Shown: positions 40,126 to 53,511 of the stretch, piece by piece
How positions within the stretch are numbered: the stretch's first letter is position 1
Layout: each line of letters starts with the position of its first letter
From: Vermamoeba vermiformis
Lineage: Eukaryota
Direction: 5' to 3'
NCBI GenBank assembly: GCA_045837725.1
Contig: JBEWZL010000101.1
Location: 372,001-436,000 of the forward strand
Length of the DNA stretch: 64,000 nucleotides
Position numbers and translations under genes: made by a program
The notes under the pieces: generated by a model
What the model was told of the DNA's origin: nothing
The model's input: only the letters and a program-made list of their open reading frames with translations
Database searches by the model: none

Positions 40126-42297
40126 TTACTCCTTTTTGATAATATTAGGACTGGATGACGTTAACACATGATGATCTGAGAACTTAAATCCAAGGCCGAT
40201 CAAGTAAAGTCGAATGGGTTCTATCATTGCCTCCGTAAACTCCTCCGTCGTAAGTACACCACCATTATCGATCTAAAATCAATCAAAAGATTCACTGTTA
40301 GTATTTCGGAATTTGACCGACAACGAAAATACCATGCGATGATAAAATTTATTCATGGTAAATTCATATGTGCCATTCGGAAACCGTTCGAATATGTTAT
40401 ATATAAATTCACTTACTGCTATAATTGAGTTATTATTGCTCTTCGGCAGCTTAGAATACGTGTACAACGTTTCGTCGGCAGCCCATCCGGATGATTTGCC
40501 ATAAAATAACAAAACTCCACACTTTAAGTCTTCTAACTTCGCAGAAATATCTTCGCGCCTAGCAAAATTACTCAAAATTAAATTACATCCGTTATTAAAA
40601 TAGAAAGCGAATCTTTTCATCTTGCATAAAATTGTCCGGTGCGGCAAAAACAATAAACTATGCTTGCTGCACACCGGAGAAATGTGCAGTGCGTCTATAG
40701 TCGATAGATCATATTGATAATTCATAGTTGAAGCTACAATTGCATTTTTGAAGCTTAAGATTTTCAGCGGCGGAATAAAGAAATTCCCCGCGATCTGTTG
40801 TTTGTCACTTACGTCATAAATGCGTCCATAAATTTGCTGACATTCGCTGCGTTCATCCGCTCCAATGCACCTTCCGTGGCGTCTGTAAGCTCCTTGTTCT
40901 TCGCAAGGGTTTTCTAAAAAAGGGTGGTTTCCTGATTAGGCAAATACGACAGCAACGCGGATCTGGTTTCTGCACTTACAGAGCCATAATATCTGCTTAG
41001 TAATTGACCTTTTGCCCAATCTGACATTCCAAAAACTTTGAGCGCCGCGCTAATAGCCTAAAATAGCAAACCGTTAGTACGGTCACGTCAGCTAGATCGC
41101 AGTATTATGCTTGATTTTTGCAAGATACTGCGCGTAGTAATATTTTTTACAGCTAATGATATAAATAATAAGTGTTGCTTAAGTATTCACGGTTCACTGA
41201 AAACCATCGGATGTGTCAAAGGTTTCGTACCTTGAAATACGACCATTCGATCCAGCCCATCTTCCTCACTGCCGGACTGAGCAGTATAAGACCTTTGACT
41301 ACGGCAGGGTACTTCGCCTAAGAAATCCGACGAATTAATCAAAGAAAATCTCGAAGCAGTTTATGGGGTTGTGAGCCATCCCCAAATTCCGTGCATTGAT
41401 TTACATTGAGGCATATTATTAATCCGCCTTACCGCGTAATGAATAAGCACCGTAGCACCAACTCCGACGCCGAAACCAATAAACTTCTGGATCCTGCAGG
41501 TTTAATGTCAGTCTCGGTTTACAGCAATCTCAAATCGTATCTTGGGCTATTTTTGCCTTGGTATACTTACTCGAAGTGATTTACAACCTCTTGCAACTGA
41601 TCCGCGAGCTCTTCTAGCTTTGGATATGCATCGTTTGCGCCCATTCTAAATTTGAGCAGTTAGATCTTGCGGAACAAAAAATGAATAACATTGCAATTTT
41701 ACGCACTCGGTGGCACCGGTTTCTTGTCCAGGAGCGTCAATATTATACACGCAAAAGCCTCCCATCATATCCTCAGCAAAGTGGTGCTTGATGAATGAAT
41801 TGAAACATGCTCGATCTGGAAATTGTATAATGTCAGAAGAATTCTCAAGTTATACCGAATCTTGGTCACAAGATACAAAATTAATTTATATTGATTCAAT
41901 AGTAAATTATCTCGGATATTTAAACAAACACAAGACGTAACCGGAGAACAGTCCGGCTGATCCACACTCTCGCCGAGAGCACAAGCAACAAGAAACAAAT
42001 CACGCAACCACAGTTTTATACTTACTATTTAAACCAATGTCATGATAAGTTATCATCGCCGGGCGATTAGGCTTGCCGACTATCGAGACTTTAATGTTGC
42101 CGTGCTTCGTGACAACCATTTCTTGCTGTGAATTGGTACGTGAGTAAAAATATCGTTATAATATTTATTATATTATTCTTAGTCGTTATTGTTTGGTTTC
42201 ATACGCGAGATTAATTTTTGAAATATTTTTCAAATAATATTTAAAATTTGCGTGGATCGTGTACCTTGCGCGGACTCTGCGGTGGCTGGACTTCCAT
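40126..42297 (-). CDS. NDRG: NDRG/Ndr-family alpha/beta-hydrolase-fold protein
   Basis: RPAMITYHDIGLN, FCVYNIDAPGQE, YPKLEELADQLQEVVNHF, FIGFGVGA, VKGLILLSP, GWIEW, IRLYLIGLG. Confidence 0.92.
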
Positions 42298-42862
42298 TTT
42301 ACAATATTAACAAATAAATAAATAAATATAAACAATATTAACAATAACGAGTTGTTGTTGCTCGTTGAAATATACAAATTATTTAACACCCGTCTTTTCG
42401 TCTGTATTTCTTCGATAAATCAACTCTCGTTCGAATTTCCACCACTAATCGATTCAATTACGCTAGGCGACAATACGCAAAGCCTCCTGTAGGGCCACAC
42501 ACGCTGTGCTTTCGCTCATCGACTAATCTCGATCTCGTGCCAACCATCTGCTCCAAAGGAGCTAAGATGAAGGTCTCTGGCATACCTCAACTTTAGTACT
42601 GTTGTTGCGCGAACAGAAACGTTGTTAACAACTTTAGGACCGAAATACAAGCCGAGGTGACGCTCAAAAAAAAAGCGCGGGCAACGAGCGAAATAATTTT
42701 GTTTTGAATTAACGGCGTACACGAGCACAATAAAAGGAAGAATATAATATTCTAGGTAAGTGTATTACATATTTATGAGTACAAACATAAACGAGAAAAA
42801 AATTGCGGTGATGGGATTCAAGGATCAATAAAATATTAATAGACTGCATTCTTTTAGGCAAA

Positions 42863-44282
42863 ATGTCGAAGCCAAGTATCAAAGAATTTATACAGAAGAA
42901 GATTAAAGAATATAACAATAGCCCAGCCTCAATTGAGCAGCTAATCTTGGACAATATGTGCAAAGGAGGCGAAATAGAAGGCTTGACCGACGCGTTTACA
43001 GACTTGGAAATATTGTCGATGAATAATATTGGTCTAAACTCTTTGGCTGGCTTACCTAAGCTTCCAAAACTTCGCAGGGTAAATCGAGATTACCGATCAA
43101 TTTTTTTCTTTTCAACGCCGCCCTAACTACAGCTTGCTCACATATTTTAAGCATGTTTTATCGTGCCATTCTAATTTTGAAACTTTTACTAACAAAAATT
43201 ATATGATTGTGGTCTGAAGGCTTGCTGCTGGGCGTAAACTAAATGAAAGCAAATTTCCTTCGTTCAAAAAATCTCGTTTTAGCCAGGGCGCGTACGCAGA
43301 ACCTAACTAACGCTTATTCTCGATACAGCTTGAAGCTACCGACAACAGAATCTCATCAGGCTTAGAGAGCTTAGGAAAGGCGAACCTCAAAAACTTAACC
43401 ACGCTAAAATTGAGCGGCAACAAAATCAAGAATTTCAGCGACCTCCAACCACTGGTAAATTTTGACCGTCAAAAATTTTGCTCTGAAATTTGACACTCAA
43501 ATTTTCGTGCTTCGTACACGAGTATCATTTTGCGCTACTAGGTCTTATTTGGTATCGCGTGCGTTGTCACTCGTGGTAGTTGTGCGTTTGCTTGCTTGAT
43601 CCAGATCTAACCCGATCTTTTTTTAGTCCTTCCTCAAGAGCTTAGAAGTCCTAGACTTGTTTGGATGCGAAGTCACAAAAGAAAAAGATTATGCCAAGAA
43701 GGTCTTCGAGCTGATCCCGACTTTGAAGGTGCTCGACGGCTACAACCAGTAAGTCGCGGATGTGCTGATCTGGCGCGTGCTCTGTTCACTCACTAATACT
43801 TCTATAGGAAAGGTGAAGAGGTCGACGAGGACGAAGAAGACGACGAAGAAGATGAAGAGGATGAGGAAGAAGAGGAAGGTGATGATGAAGAAGAAGAGGG
43901 TGACGAAGGTGACGAAGGAGAAGGTAAGTTCAAGATCCGCTTTTTCATTTACATTATTGAATCAATCTTTAACGATTGTATGAGTCGCTTTACGGTCCCT
44001 GGGTCTAATATTCTATGCATAGGTGATGATGACGAAGGCGAAGGTGAAGAAGAGAGTGACGACCAAGAGAACGAAAACGAAAATGAAAATGACGCTGAGA
44101 ACGGCGACTCCGAAGAAGGAGACGACGATGAAGAGCCTGAAGATGAAGGCGAGGATGACGAAGAGGAAGGTGATGAGCCTGAAGATGAGCCGGAACAGAC
44201 AAGTACATCCAACAAAAAACGGAAAGCTAGCGAAGCTGAGTTATCCGAGGATAGCGGGAGAGCTCTCAAAAAGAAAAAATAA
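42863..44282 (+). CDS. ANP32: Acidic leucine-rich nuclear phosphoprotein 32 (ANP32/LANP) homolog
   Basis: EQLILDNMCKGGEIEGLTDAFTDLEILSMNNIGLNSLAGLPKLPKLRR, LRRcap DYAKKVFELIPTLKVLDG, long D/E tail and terminal NLS (KKRKA..LKKKK). Confidence 0.93.
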
Positions 44283-44447
44283 TATATGTATAGTCGCCGT
44301 ATAAATACTTTTGTAATTAGCTCGAATCACGGTCGCGTTTGGATGCGGGTTTAAAATCCTCAATTTATTTAAGTTTTAAAACGACACTAAGCTATGAATA
44401 CGTATTCCAAACTGCAAATACAATAAAGTGCGCGCTTCGAACTGATC

Positions 44448-47400
44448 TTATAAGCCTGGCGTAGAGTAGTCTTCGTCACTTGACGAATCCGAGTTCGCGT
44501 AGAAGTCAAGCTCGACATTAGGCGGCTGCAACCATTGGCCTTGCTTTTCAAGAATTGTTCGGAATTCATGGTACAAGTCATCGCAGTCTTATGCATTCGA
44601 TTAGTTCTACGTTTGGCTAATAATTATGTCAAGATCCAGAATAACTTACTCCTTCGGACTAGTTGCTCTTGTTCCCAAGTATGGCGAGGGTCTCCCTTCC
44701 ATTTAACATGCAGGAAAGGCTCCGATTCATACTGGGGTCTAATTAGAACTATTAAATTTTCAATTTGTACGTACTTCAGCGTTTCGCTCAACAAATCTTT
44801 CAATCTCCCATTCCTCTCCGTCGCTACTTTCTTCTTTTGCGCTAGGTTCATTTTCGATGTCCATTGGCTCAGGAACTTCATCTAGCAAACTGTCCATAGC
44901 TTCAAATTTACGTTTCAAAATTGAATTGCCTGTTTCTTCCGGCATTTCCACGACTACTTCCGTAATTGGCACTGGTACCCTAAAATCGAAAATATCGGCT
45001 GCATCCGGTTTTTTCTCGACCTGACAAAAAAAAATTGTTAAAATTATTAAGTATAAAGACGTGTTAATAAGAACTTACGCTTAAAAATGACGTAATTCCG
45101 GGTCCATGAGATTCGTAAACCTCATCGCGAAGAAAGCCACGAATAACCATTTCGATCAACAAATCGTTGTGATAACTTCGGGGCAACTTTCTTCCGTACT
45201 TCTCTTTGATTTTTCGCTTCATTTTATGAAGCTCCTTCTTCAGCTTTTCTTTATTCGCTAATTTGTCTTCCCAATCGAATTTGTTGTTGCGCAATGCATC
45301 TGATACGTTCGCTAATGACGCTTTCACGTTCGCTTGATTGAGACTCCATACTGTATATAAGATTAATATAAGATATTAGAAGGCTTTAAAATAGTATGTG
45401 TACTTACTCCAAGAACAGATGTATTTTGCGTAGTCAGAATAATCGACGTATTCAAGTCTAATTTCTGAACTGCCTGGCCGAAGACAAACGTCGCACATAT
45501 TTTGGCAAGGTTCAATTTTGGGTTGTCCGATTAAAATCTATATCGTTATATTAGTCCTAAGTTATAGGTAATGGTTGTTCGAGAGTTACTTACGCTGATT
45601 TGCACATGACGGCAAAGATAATTGTTTCGGCAATAACGCAAAATGTTTCGGACTTCTTTCTCAGAATTTCCTTTGCCCGCTTTTACTTTTTGTATCACCT
45701 TCTTGTGGTTGTAATGGTAATACATAAGGCACTCACTCGGCAGTCCGTCGCGACCCGCTCTAAAAGTAAATGTCAAAAGTGTCAAAAAAGACAGTTTAGA
45801 GCACTTAGGGTGCACGGCATCAAAAAAAGGAATAAAAAATCCGTGAGTGTCAAAGTGTCAAAAAGTGTCACACTTTTGTTACGTACCTTCCTATTTGCTG
45901 ATAATAAGAAGCGGCAGAATCGGCCATTGTCCAGTGCACCACGTAGCGGACATTTGGCTTGTCGATGCCCATTCCAAATGCTGTCGTCGCAATCATGCAT
46001 TTCACTTCACCGCTGTTCCATTTTTCCAATGTCGCTGCGTTCTCTGATGCAGTTCGTGATGACTTTTTTGATGAACTCGCGCCATAATATTTGTCGATAT
46101 TTTGAACTCCCATCTGAGAAAAAACGTTAGAATATTTAATAAATAACTTACTGAGGGCTTACCTCGACTAATTTTTTATGCAAGTTGTCGCACTTATTTC
46201 TTGAAGTGCAATAAATTATGCCGTAATCGTTCTTATATTTGTTAATTAACTTGATTATGTCGCCATAGACCATTTCGTCTTTTGACTGGTTCGCGCTTTG
46301 CGCCTTGTGTGGCGCAATCGCTTGTCGCACCATAATACTAAAAAAGGTTATGTCAGTAATCCCCGCTCGATGACTGCGTCAAGTGTCAAAGTGTCAAAAT
46401 GTCATTAAATAGTGAATGTTAACTTACAGTAAATTGGGTCGTGAGAGGTCACCAATTATGACCTTTGGAGCCAAGTTCAGGTCTTTCGTCAAAGTTTGCA
46501 AGTGTGCGGGAGTCATGCAGGCTGACAACCTTAAGTGTTATTGACACGTGTCATTTGATAATTATTAATTACACGTACCTGATGCGAGGGTGTAAGGCAA
46601 TGACGGAAACGACTTTGTTATTTCGGCCAGAGTGTTGTAATGTTCAGGCCTAAAGTCGCTCCACTCATTAAGCACATAAGCCTCATCGAATATAATTCTA
46701 TAAATATAATATCACGTTAGTATTAATGTTTTAAATATTAAGAAGGAACGACATTACCTGTTCACTTTAGTAATTTGCATCAATTTGCGTAGCTTCTTTT
46801 TGTCGATCCAACTACTCAATTTCTCAGCTGTAATGTAAATGAACTTGATTTCTTTCGCTGCGCCAGAAGGATTTTTCAGCCGTGCGAAAAGGTCGTCATC
46901 TTGAATGTCGAACTTGCCTGGTGATTTTTGGCCTTCACCAGTCACTGCCACTGCCTCGTAATTTGTATTTTTAAAGTACTATTATTCAAAACATTATTTA
47001 ATTACTAATATTTTTACTATTTTAGCGATAATTTTACCTTGTTGATGCGGCTCAGTTGGTCGCTAATCAGGGCGATTAGCGGTTCGACAACAATGGCCAA
47101 ACCTTCAGTGACTAATACAGGTGCCTAGTATAATATCTTAACAATTGGAAGTTAATAAAATATCGTAGAACGTTACCCAATAGCAATAACTTTTGCCGTT
47201 GCCAGTCGGCAGGATCAGGACAATGGACTCGCCCTTTCGCGCTAAAGAGACCGCAGTTTCATGGTATGGTCTCAATTGATTCAATCCAAAGACTTGTTTA
47301 TATATGCGTGTCGCTATGGTAGCGCTGCCCTAAAAAGTTGAAATGTTAGCAGATCTGGTACGAGTGAAGTAAAACTTTTAATTAACCTACAAAATTATCG

Positions 47401-47664
47401 TGCTCGCTATAGTCGTGTTTGCATGCACCACACGTGGTTTCTTCTGCCTATAACGCGTTTTGTAAGTGAAAGTTTTTTTGTTTCAATAAATTTCAATTTC
47501 GAAAATATCTTTACTTTATTATTATTATAATTGCCAATATTGTTTAAGTATATAATTATTTGATTGATAAAATTATTACTTACGTTATGAATGTTAGGTG
47601 CGAAGGATAGACACTCGCAACGCTTGCACGCGTTAGGCGGCTTAAACGCCATCCCATTATCCAT
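44448..47664 (-). CDS. RecQ-family helicase with N-terminal Cys/His module and C-terminal chromodomain
   Basis: VFGLNQLRPYH, LPTGNGKSYCY, VVEPLIALISDQ, IYITAEK, IIFDEAY..WSDFRP, SRPNL, GIIYCTSR, ATTAFGMGIDKPNVRYVVH, YYQQIG/RAGRDG, RQC CRH..CQNMCDVC. Ends EEWEIERFV..LHVKWKGDPRHTWEQEQLVRR/NCDDLYHEF. Confidence 0.88.
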
Positions 47665-47843
47665 TCCGATTATATGGCCTTCCAAATCTTGCGTTGTTTA
47701 TAATGAGAAAACAATTGCATCGCGATTCGCTAAGCACCTGTCAAATCTTTGTGATTAGAATTGAAACATTTGACAGGTCAACGTGGTTGGATCCCGCTTA
47801 CTTTGTTTACGCTAAATTAGCCGATAAATATATTAATTATTAC

Positions 47844-49219
47844 TTATTTATATTCGTCATCAAGAATACAAAAAGGTGGCTTATAATACAAACGCTTGAA
47901 ATTTAGATCTAACCAGTCGTCGAATGTCATACCTTGAATGCCATATTGTTGGCTTAGTTTCAATCTTCCTGTCATTGATATATCCTTTTGAACGTATTTG
48001 TACCAGTTTTTGCAAACCAAGCTGAGTTGGAAAAATTCCGCGGATGTGGATCCAACTTGAGCGAACTTCAAAATTATTTGACCGAGCTCTTTGATCGAAA
48101 ATACTGAATGATGTTCTTGAATAGAATCTTTGAACTCCATCGAGTATATCGATGCACCATTATACTTCATAGGATATAATTGCAAGTGACAAAAAGTTTC
48201 TGCGTCAGATCTGGCCTTTGGTTCATGAAGGGTGAATGTCCCTGTGATATAATAGCTACGTTTTGACTCTATATTTGATATTTTGATTAACATAAAGTAT
48301 CCTGTGTCAAACAGGTGGAGCCAGTACGTCTTCGTAAAACTGTGTGAAAAATATTGTGTCAGATCTTGATTTTTTTTGCTAATTATGGCAATAAATTTAC
48401 CGTGGTTTATAGTAGTAATAATATTGAAAGTCGTCATCATCGTATTCTTTCTTGTCAGTATAAGCAAATGATGTATTGCAAAATTTTTGACCGTTGATGA
48501 TCATAATATCTCTTTTTTTGTTCAATATCGTCCTTCTAATGTCACTAAATCCACTAAATTTTGACGCGGCGCACGTGACACTTAATCGCCATTCAATGAC
48601 TGCGTCACGTGTCAAAGTGTCAAAATTGTGTCGGACGAATTCAAGGCTCCAGATTATTTTTCCTGGCTTTTGTATTCTTCGTCTATTTAAATTAGTCCAT
48701 ATTCCTTGCTGCAATATTTGCAGATCGACGATCATATCACTCGTCAAAAAATCAAGTTTCATCATGAAAGTTCCGTTCATATTAACCAACTCTTCGACGA
48801 GTTTGAAGTTGTTAATGCATGATTTTGGCGGTTCTATTCGTTTCTTATTAATATTGGTCCTTATAATATCGTCATCTTGTGTTCTAAGTTCATAATAATA
48901 TTCCAATTCCAAACTTTCGTACGGATCCACAGGCATCGTTGTACTACAATAGGTCATTTATAAATTATTAGTGTTATATATAAACATACCCTTTATATTC
49001 GACAAAGTTACTTTCGCCTTGTTTGCGTAGTTTCATTGTTATCGTTGGCAACATGTCAGATCGGATCTTCAAAGTGAACGGATCTTGCACCGAAAACGGA
49101 TCAAATTCCGATAAATTAAACATTTCTATCGTGCAAGCTTTAATATCACCGGATAGCACGTGATAATCTCCTTGTTGATCTACTAGAAAGACATTTCCAA
49201 ATCTGAAAGCTGTTGCCAA
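47844..49219 (-). CDS. Uncharacterised multi-exon protein with an F-box-like motif near the C-terminus (5' end unresolved)
   Basis: ORFs 48974-49219, 48397-48957 and 47844-48467 join in frame through canonical GT-AG introns. KELGQIILKFAQVGSTSAEFFQLSLVCKNWYKYV resembles an F-box. Confidence 0.55.
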
Positions 49220-49873
49220 TAAGTATAAGAATAAGAATTAATTAATTATAATAATTTTTACTTGCGTTTTATAACGGTATTTGAGCTTGAATGAATGAAC
49301 TGCACTGAACGCCAGAGATAATAACCAGTCGATAATAGCCGCACTAATACAACGCTTCCTTCATTAAATTTAATGTTAAATATTTGGCCGATATTTACTT
49401 TGGCGATCGTTGACCAGGACATGGCTGAAAAGAGAGCTGTCGATCTAAAAAAAATATAATTTAATTATTATTTTAATTCGTATCGTGTTATTAGTATCAA
49501 ATTACCATCAATGGTAGCAATTAATTCAATATATTCAATAGAAAATTACCTTGCGTGTTGTGGTTTCTAGTCCCAAGTAATTTTTTTGGCGGGACCGGCA
49601 AGTCAGTGGCGGCCCGGTCAGCTAATTGCAAAACCGATAGAATGTGATACACTAGCTGTGCGATACTTGGAAAACCATCTGGAGTGGCTGATCTAGCGTC
49701 GTTCCTAATTTCTACTGAATTCAACAGAAATATCGCTGAAATTTGAATTGTTTGGACCGCCAAAAAAAATCGTGGCTCCGAAGCAGTCCAATACTAATCT
49801 ACGAGCTAAGTACCACATAGTTATATTTTTATGGCTTAGTTTGGGTAAACAGAAGATCGGATCGGTTAGAAAG

Positions 49874-51249
49874 ATGGATGTTTATACTCCGCACGAGTTA
49901 CATTGCAGCGGAAGGAAGAGAAAAGTAAAACTGTTAACGAACCCAGCTGAAAATGAGGAATTACATATGAATAAGAAGTATCTATCGGAGAAGATCGCCG
50001 AGGAATTGAATGTGCTTCGCATCAGCCAACCAGCATGGGAGCTGCCAGGAAATAAACATAGAAATGATAGTAATAATAGGTAATTAATAGGAAAATATTA
50101 TTTAATATTTATAATTAGAAAATTCAATCAAAACACTGCGATCGGGAAATTGGATTTGTGTCAAATTGCAATTCACGAAATATTTCAAGCTTATATAATT
50201 TTGGATAATATATTAACAATTATTATAAGATTTTCTCGGGATTCTAGGGTGCAAGCTACCGAATCTGCAGCAGTTCTTCCTTGCTCGAACAGCAATTTTG
50301 ACGGAGAGATGACAATTGACGATGAAAATTCAGACGCATTATCTTCAAGGTATGCATATTATTTTTTTAAATATATAAGGCGTTAGTTTGAATTCTAACC
50401 GTTTCTTTAAAGTTCTGAAAACGTCGAGGACATTGAAGATCTGCACAAGTAAGGCGTTCTTAATTAAAATTTCTCGTAAATTTCCATTCTAATAGTATTC
50501 TTAGGTCGCTCATAGTTAACGAAACAATTAAAAAGCTGATAGAAAAACCAAGAGCGGATCCGTTTTTAGAAAAGTTAATGACGAAGAAAGCAGTCGAAGA
50601 GTACGTCCTAATTAATACTAAATAAGGAAATAATCATTAATAATTTATTACTTTTTAGCTATGACGCGTCAAAAGCGATTATTTTGTACAGAAATCCTAA
50701 AGTGATTGTCGAAGAAGGAATTGGTCTCCGAAAACCGACCGATGAAAATGTAAATATTGATGAAGAGGTAAGTGTCTATATATATTAACATAAGGAACAT
50801 TTTAAAATTGATTTTGGAATGTTTCTTAGCGGAATTTTATCCGTTAAAATATCTTGCGCGCGCCATACTTTTTCTTTATTTTTCATTAAACCGCTGCAAA
50901 TATTCCGCTCAAATTACAATGCATTTTATTAAGACCGAGTAGGTATACTAATATATGCATATTATAGGACTTGGAAATGATGACGGAGGACGTGCCAGTG
51001 GTTCAAACTATCGACTACGATGATGGTGGATCTGACACTGTCGGCGATGTTAGTGCAGCACCTGTTGTGGCACAAGGATACGGATATAATAATTATGGAT
51101 ACCCTTATCCGCCACACCAGCACTTCAATAATAATAACAACGCGATGTTTTATAATGTGAATAATAACAACAATAATTTTGTGAATAATGACGATAATAA
51201 TAATATTGATAGCGATACAGCAATGGATGAAGATATTAACGTCTTGTAA
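49874..51249 (+). CDS. Low-complexity protein, possibly CCDC117-like
   Basis: GRKRK..NKKYLSEKIAEELNVLRI and SKAIILYRNP motifs; several GT-AG introns; Asn-rich C-terminus ending AMDEDINVL. Confidence 0.55.
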
Positions 51250-51787
51250 TTAATTTTAAATAATAGTAATATTTTCTTCATCGAAACTTGGATCTTATTT
51301 CAACCGAGATCTCTTTCTGCTAATTGGCTTAGGCTTAAACGAGCTTATATTAAAATATTTCCTTGCACTAGGGTAAAAAACATGCGTTATTGATCCTTGA
51401 AAACTTGTTAATTATTGAGCCAGTTCTAGCAGTACGTGCCACTAGCGCTTAATGTAAAATGCGTACTGGCGGTTCTTACGCTCTAAGAAGCAATGGAGTG
51501 CATATTGTAAGTACTCCGTTTAATTATATTTGTAGTAATAATATTGCTTATGGTTGGATGAGTCTTCGGTATCCGGACAACATTTTCCTCTGCAATGTGA
51601 CTCGTGGAGTGGATGTGCAAATTGAATAACGAAATGAGCGATGAAAGTTCGTTATTATTAGTGTTGATATGTGATTCATTGAGTACAAGACGCTGTGAAT
51701 TGGCATGTGAAGAAGCTTCGGAGCATAGAATTTAAACTATCGCAAAAATCGTTATAATTCGCCATTCTACATTAATTTCGACAACAA

Positions 51788-53348
51788 ATGAAGACCTTAT
51801 TTGTTATATTAGTGCTTAGTGTGGCGGTAGCCCTCGCTGCCAACTGGAGAGACTTCAAATCCACCGGACCGAAGAACTTTCCGCCTCAATTTACTGCTAC
51901 GTTCAACGAGACTGGTATTCTTTAGTATCTTAATATATTTATTATCTTAATTTGACCAAAACTATTTTTTTGCCCAGATCTTGCCTCCCCATCCGGACCT
52001 CGTGGTGTAAAGACGTTGTACTACGATTCTGTCAACAAACGGGCTCGCGAGACTCTTCCTGGAAAAATATATTCCCTTAAGGAAGTATCAGTTGAATACA
52101 AAGCTCCTGGAGCTGAGCCTGGAAGCGTACGCGAACCGGATCTTCCAGTAGAAAATCTCTAATCTTTTAAATTAGCTTGCCTCTAACGGCTACACGATGT
52201 TGGTTAAGCGAGACGCAGCCTCTGCACCTAACGGTTGTTACTATCAATCTGTCGGCGAGTCATCTACTCCCTTCCATCAGATCTTCTGGTGGTCCGTTCA
52301 GCCGGATAATTGGAAAGAGGAGTATCTGTTCAATTTCGAATATCCTCAGATGACTTATACTGGCATTGAATACGTTTCCGAGCTTGGCATCTTCGCTGAC
52401 GTAAGTTTTAAAACAAAATCTTTTTTTTTCTTTCAAGAAAAGGCTCCTAATCTACCATTCGCTAAAAATAGCGCTGGGACTCTGTCAAGCGCTGCAATTT
52501 GCAACAAAGTGGTTTCGGAGAAATGCCGTGCACCACTGTCTTCCAAACTCGTGATGGTCTCCGTTACACCGTTAAAGAAATCATGGCTCACGGTGCCAAG
52601 ATCCATAGCTATGATTTCGATCGGTACGTACCCGCAAACTAAGCAATACTATATTAATTAACACGGTTGTTAGTTACCTTGTGCGTGTGTTCCTCAGCTT
52701 CAAACCATCGGTGTCTGACAGTGACTTTGCATGGCCCCAGAACTGGCAGCTCTTGTGTGGCTATGCTGATAGTGGTAAGAATCGATAGCACCCCGCACCT
52801 AAGGCAATATTTTACCTAGTAATAACTAATCGCGGACTATGATAATGTGTCATGATGCCATGAAGTCGTCGTGTCACGTGTCAATTTTTTCGTTTTGTGC
52901 TAATCTTTGACATTAGTGTTGCAAAATGGATCATTATTGTTATTAATGATACTTTGCCATAGGTTTTAAATTCCCTACGTACACAAACATCTATGCCGAA
53001 ACTTCGAACAGCAACTTCACGTTCAGTTTGACTGCTCCGCCAGTGCAAGGATTGGACGGTGGCAAAGTGGAGGTTACTTTTGTTCCAACTGTTGCTTGGG
53101 CTTACAAATGCACGAACTGTGTCAAGATGAGCGCGACTACTTTGACCTTCGATATGACCAATTGGAACGTGCCTCAAACCGTGTTCCTCGATTACGTTTC
53201 AACTGGCTGCGAAATGCTCACCATTAAAGCTCGTGGTGGTGGATATGACTGGCAAAGCACGTACAATAACGTTCTTTACCTTTGGTCTTGCCATTTGGAT
53301 CCCATTAGTGGCCTTTGCAAGGAGCGCGATGTTTGCAACAACAGTTAA
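51788..53348 (+). CDS. Secreted protein with ependymin-related (EPDR/LolA-fold)-like N-terminal domain and C-terminal beta-sandwich
   Basis: Signal peptide MKTLFVILVLSVAVALA; PKNFPPQFTATF..KTLYYDSVNKRARE; C-terminal LTFDMTNWNVPQTVF (cadherin/Calx-beta-like motif). Confidence 0.65.
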
Positions 53349-53511
53349 TTGCGGATATTTTCTAATGTTTCCGGTGCTGCAATAAATCATAGAATAGTTC
53401 CTATAAACTAATAGTGCGCAGATTTTATTGACAAGTGACATTTGAAAAACGTTCTGCCAATGAAAAAGTACCACAACGGTTACTTTATCGTCGCACGTTG
53501 CAACCAACGCT

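Noticed and set aside
43820-44200. GAA/GAC/GAT-rich repeats and antisense Ser-rich ORFs
   Set aside because: Explained by the acidic tail of ANP32.
51120-51205. AAT/AAC microsatellite-like tract
   Set aside because: A coding poly-Asn tract, common in AT-rich protists.
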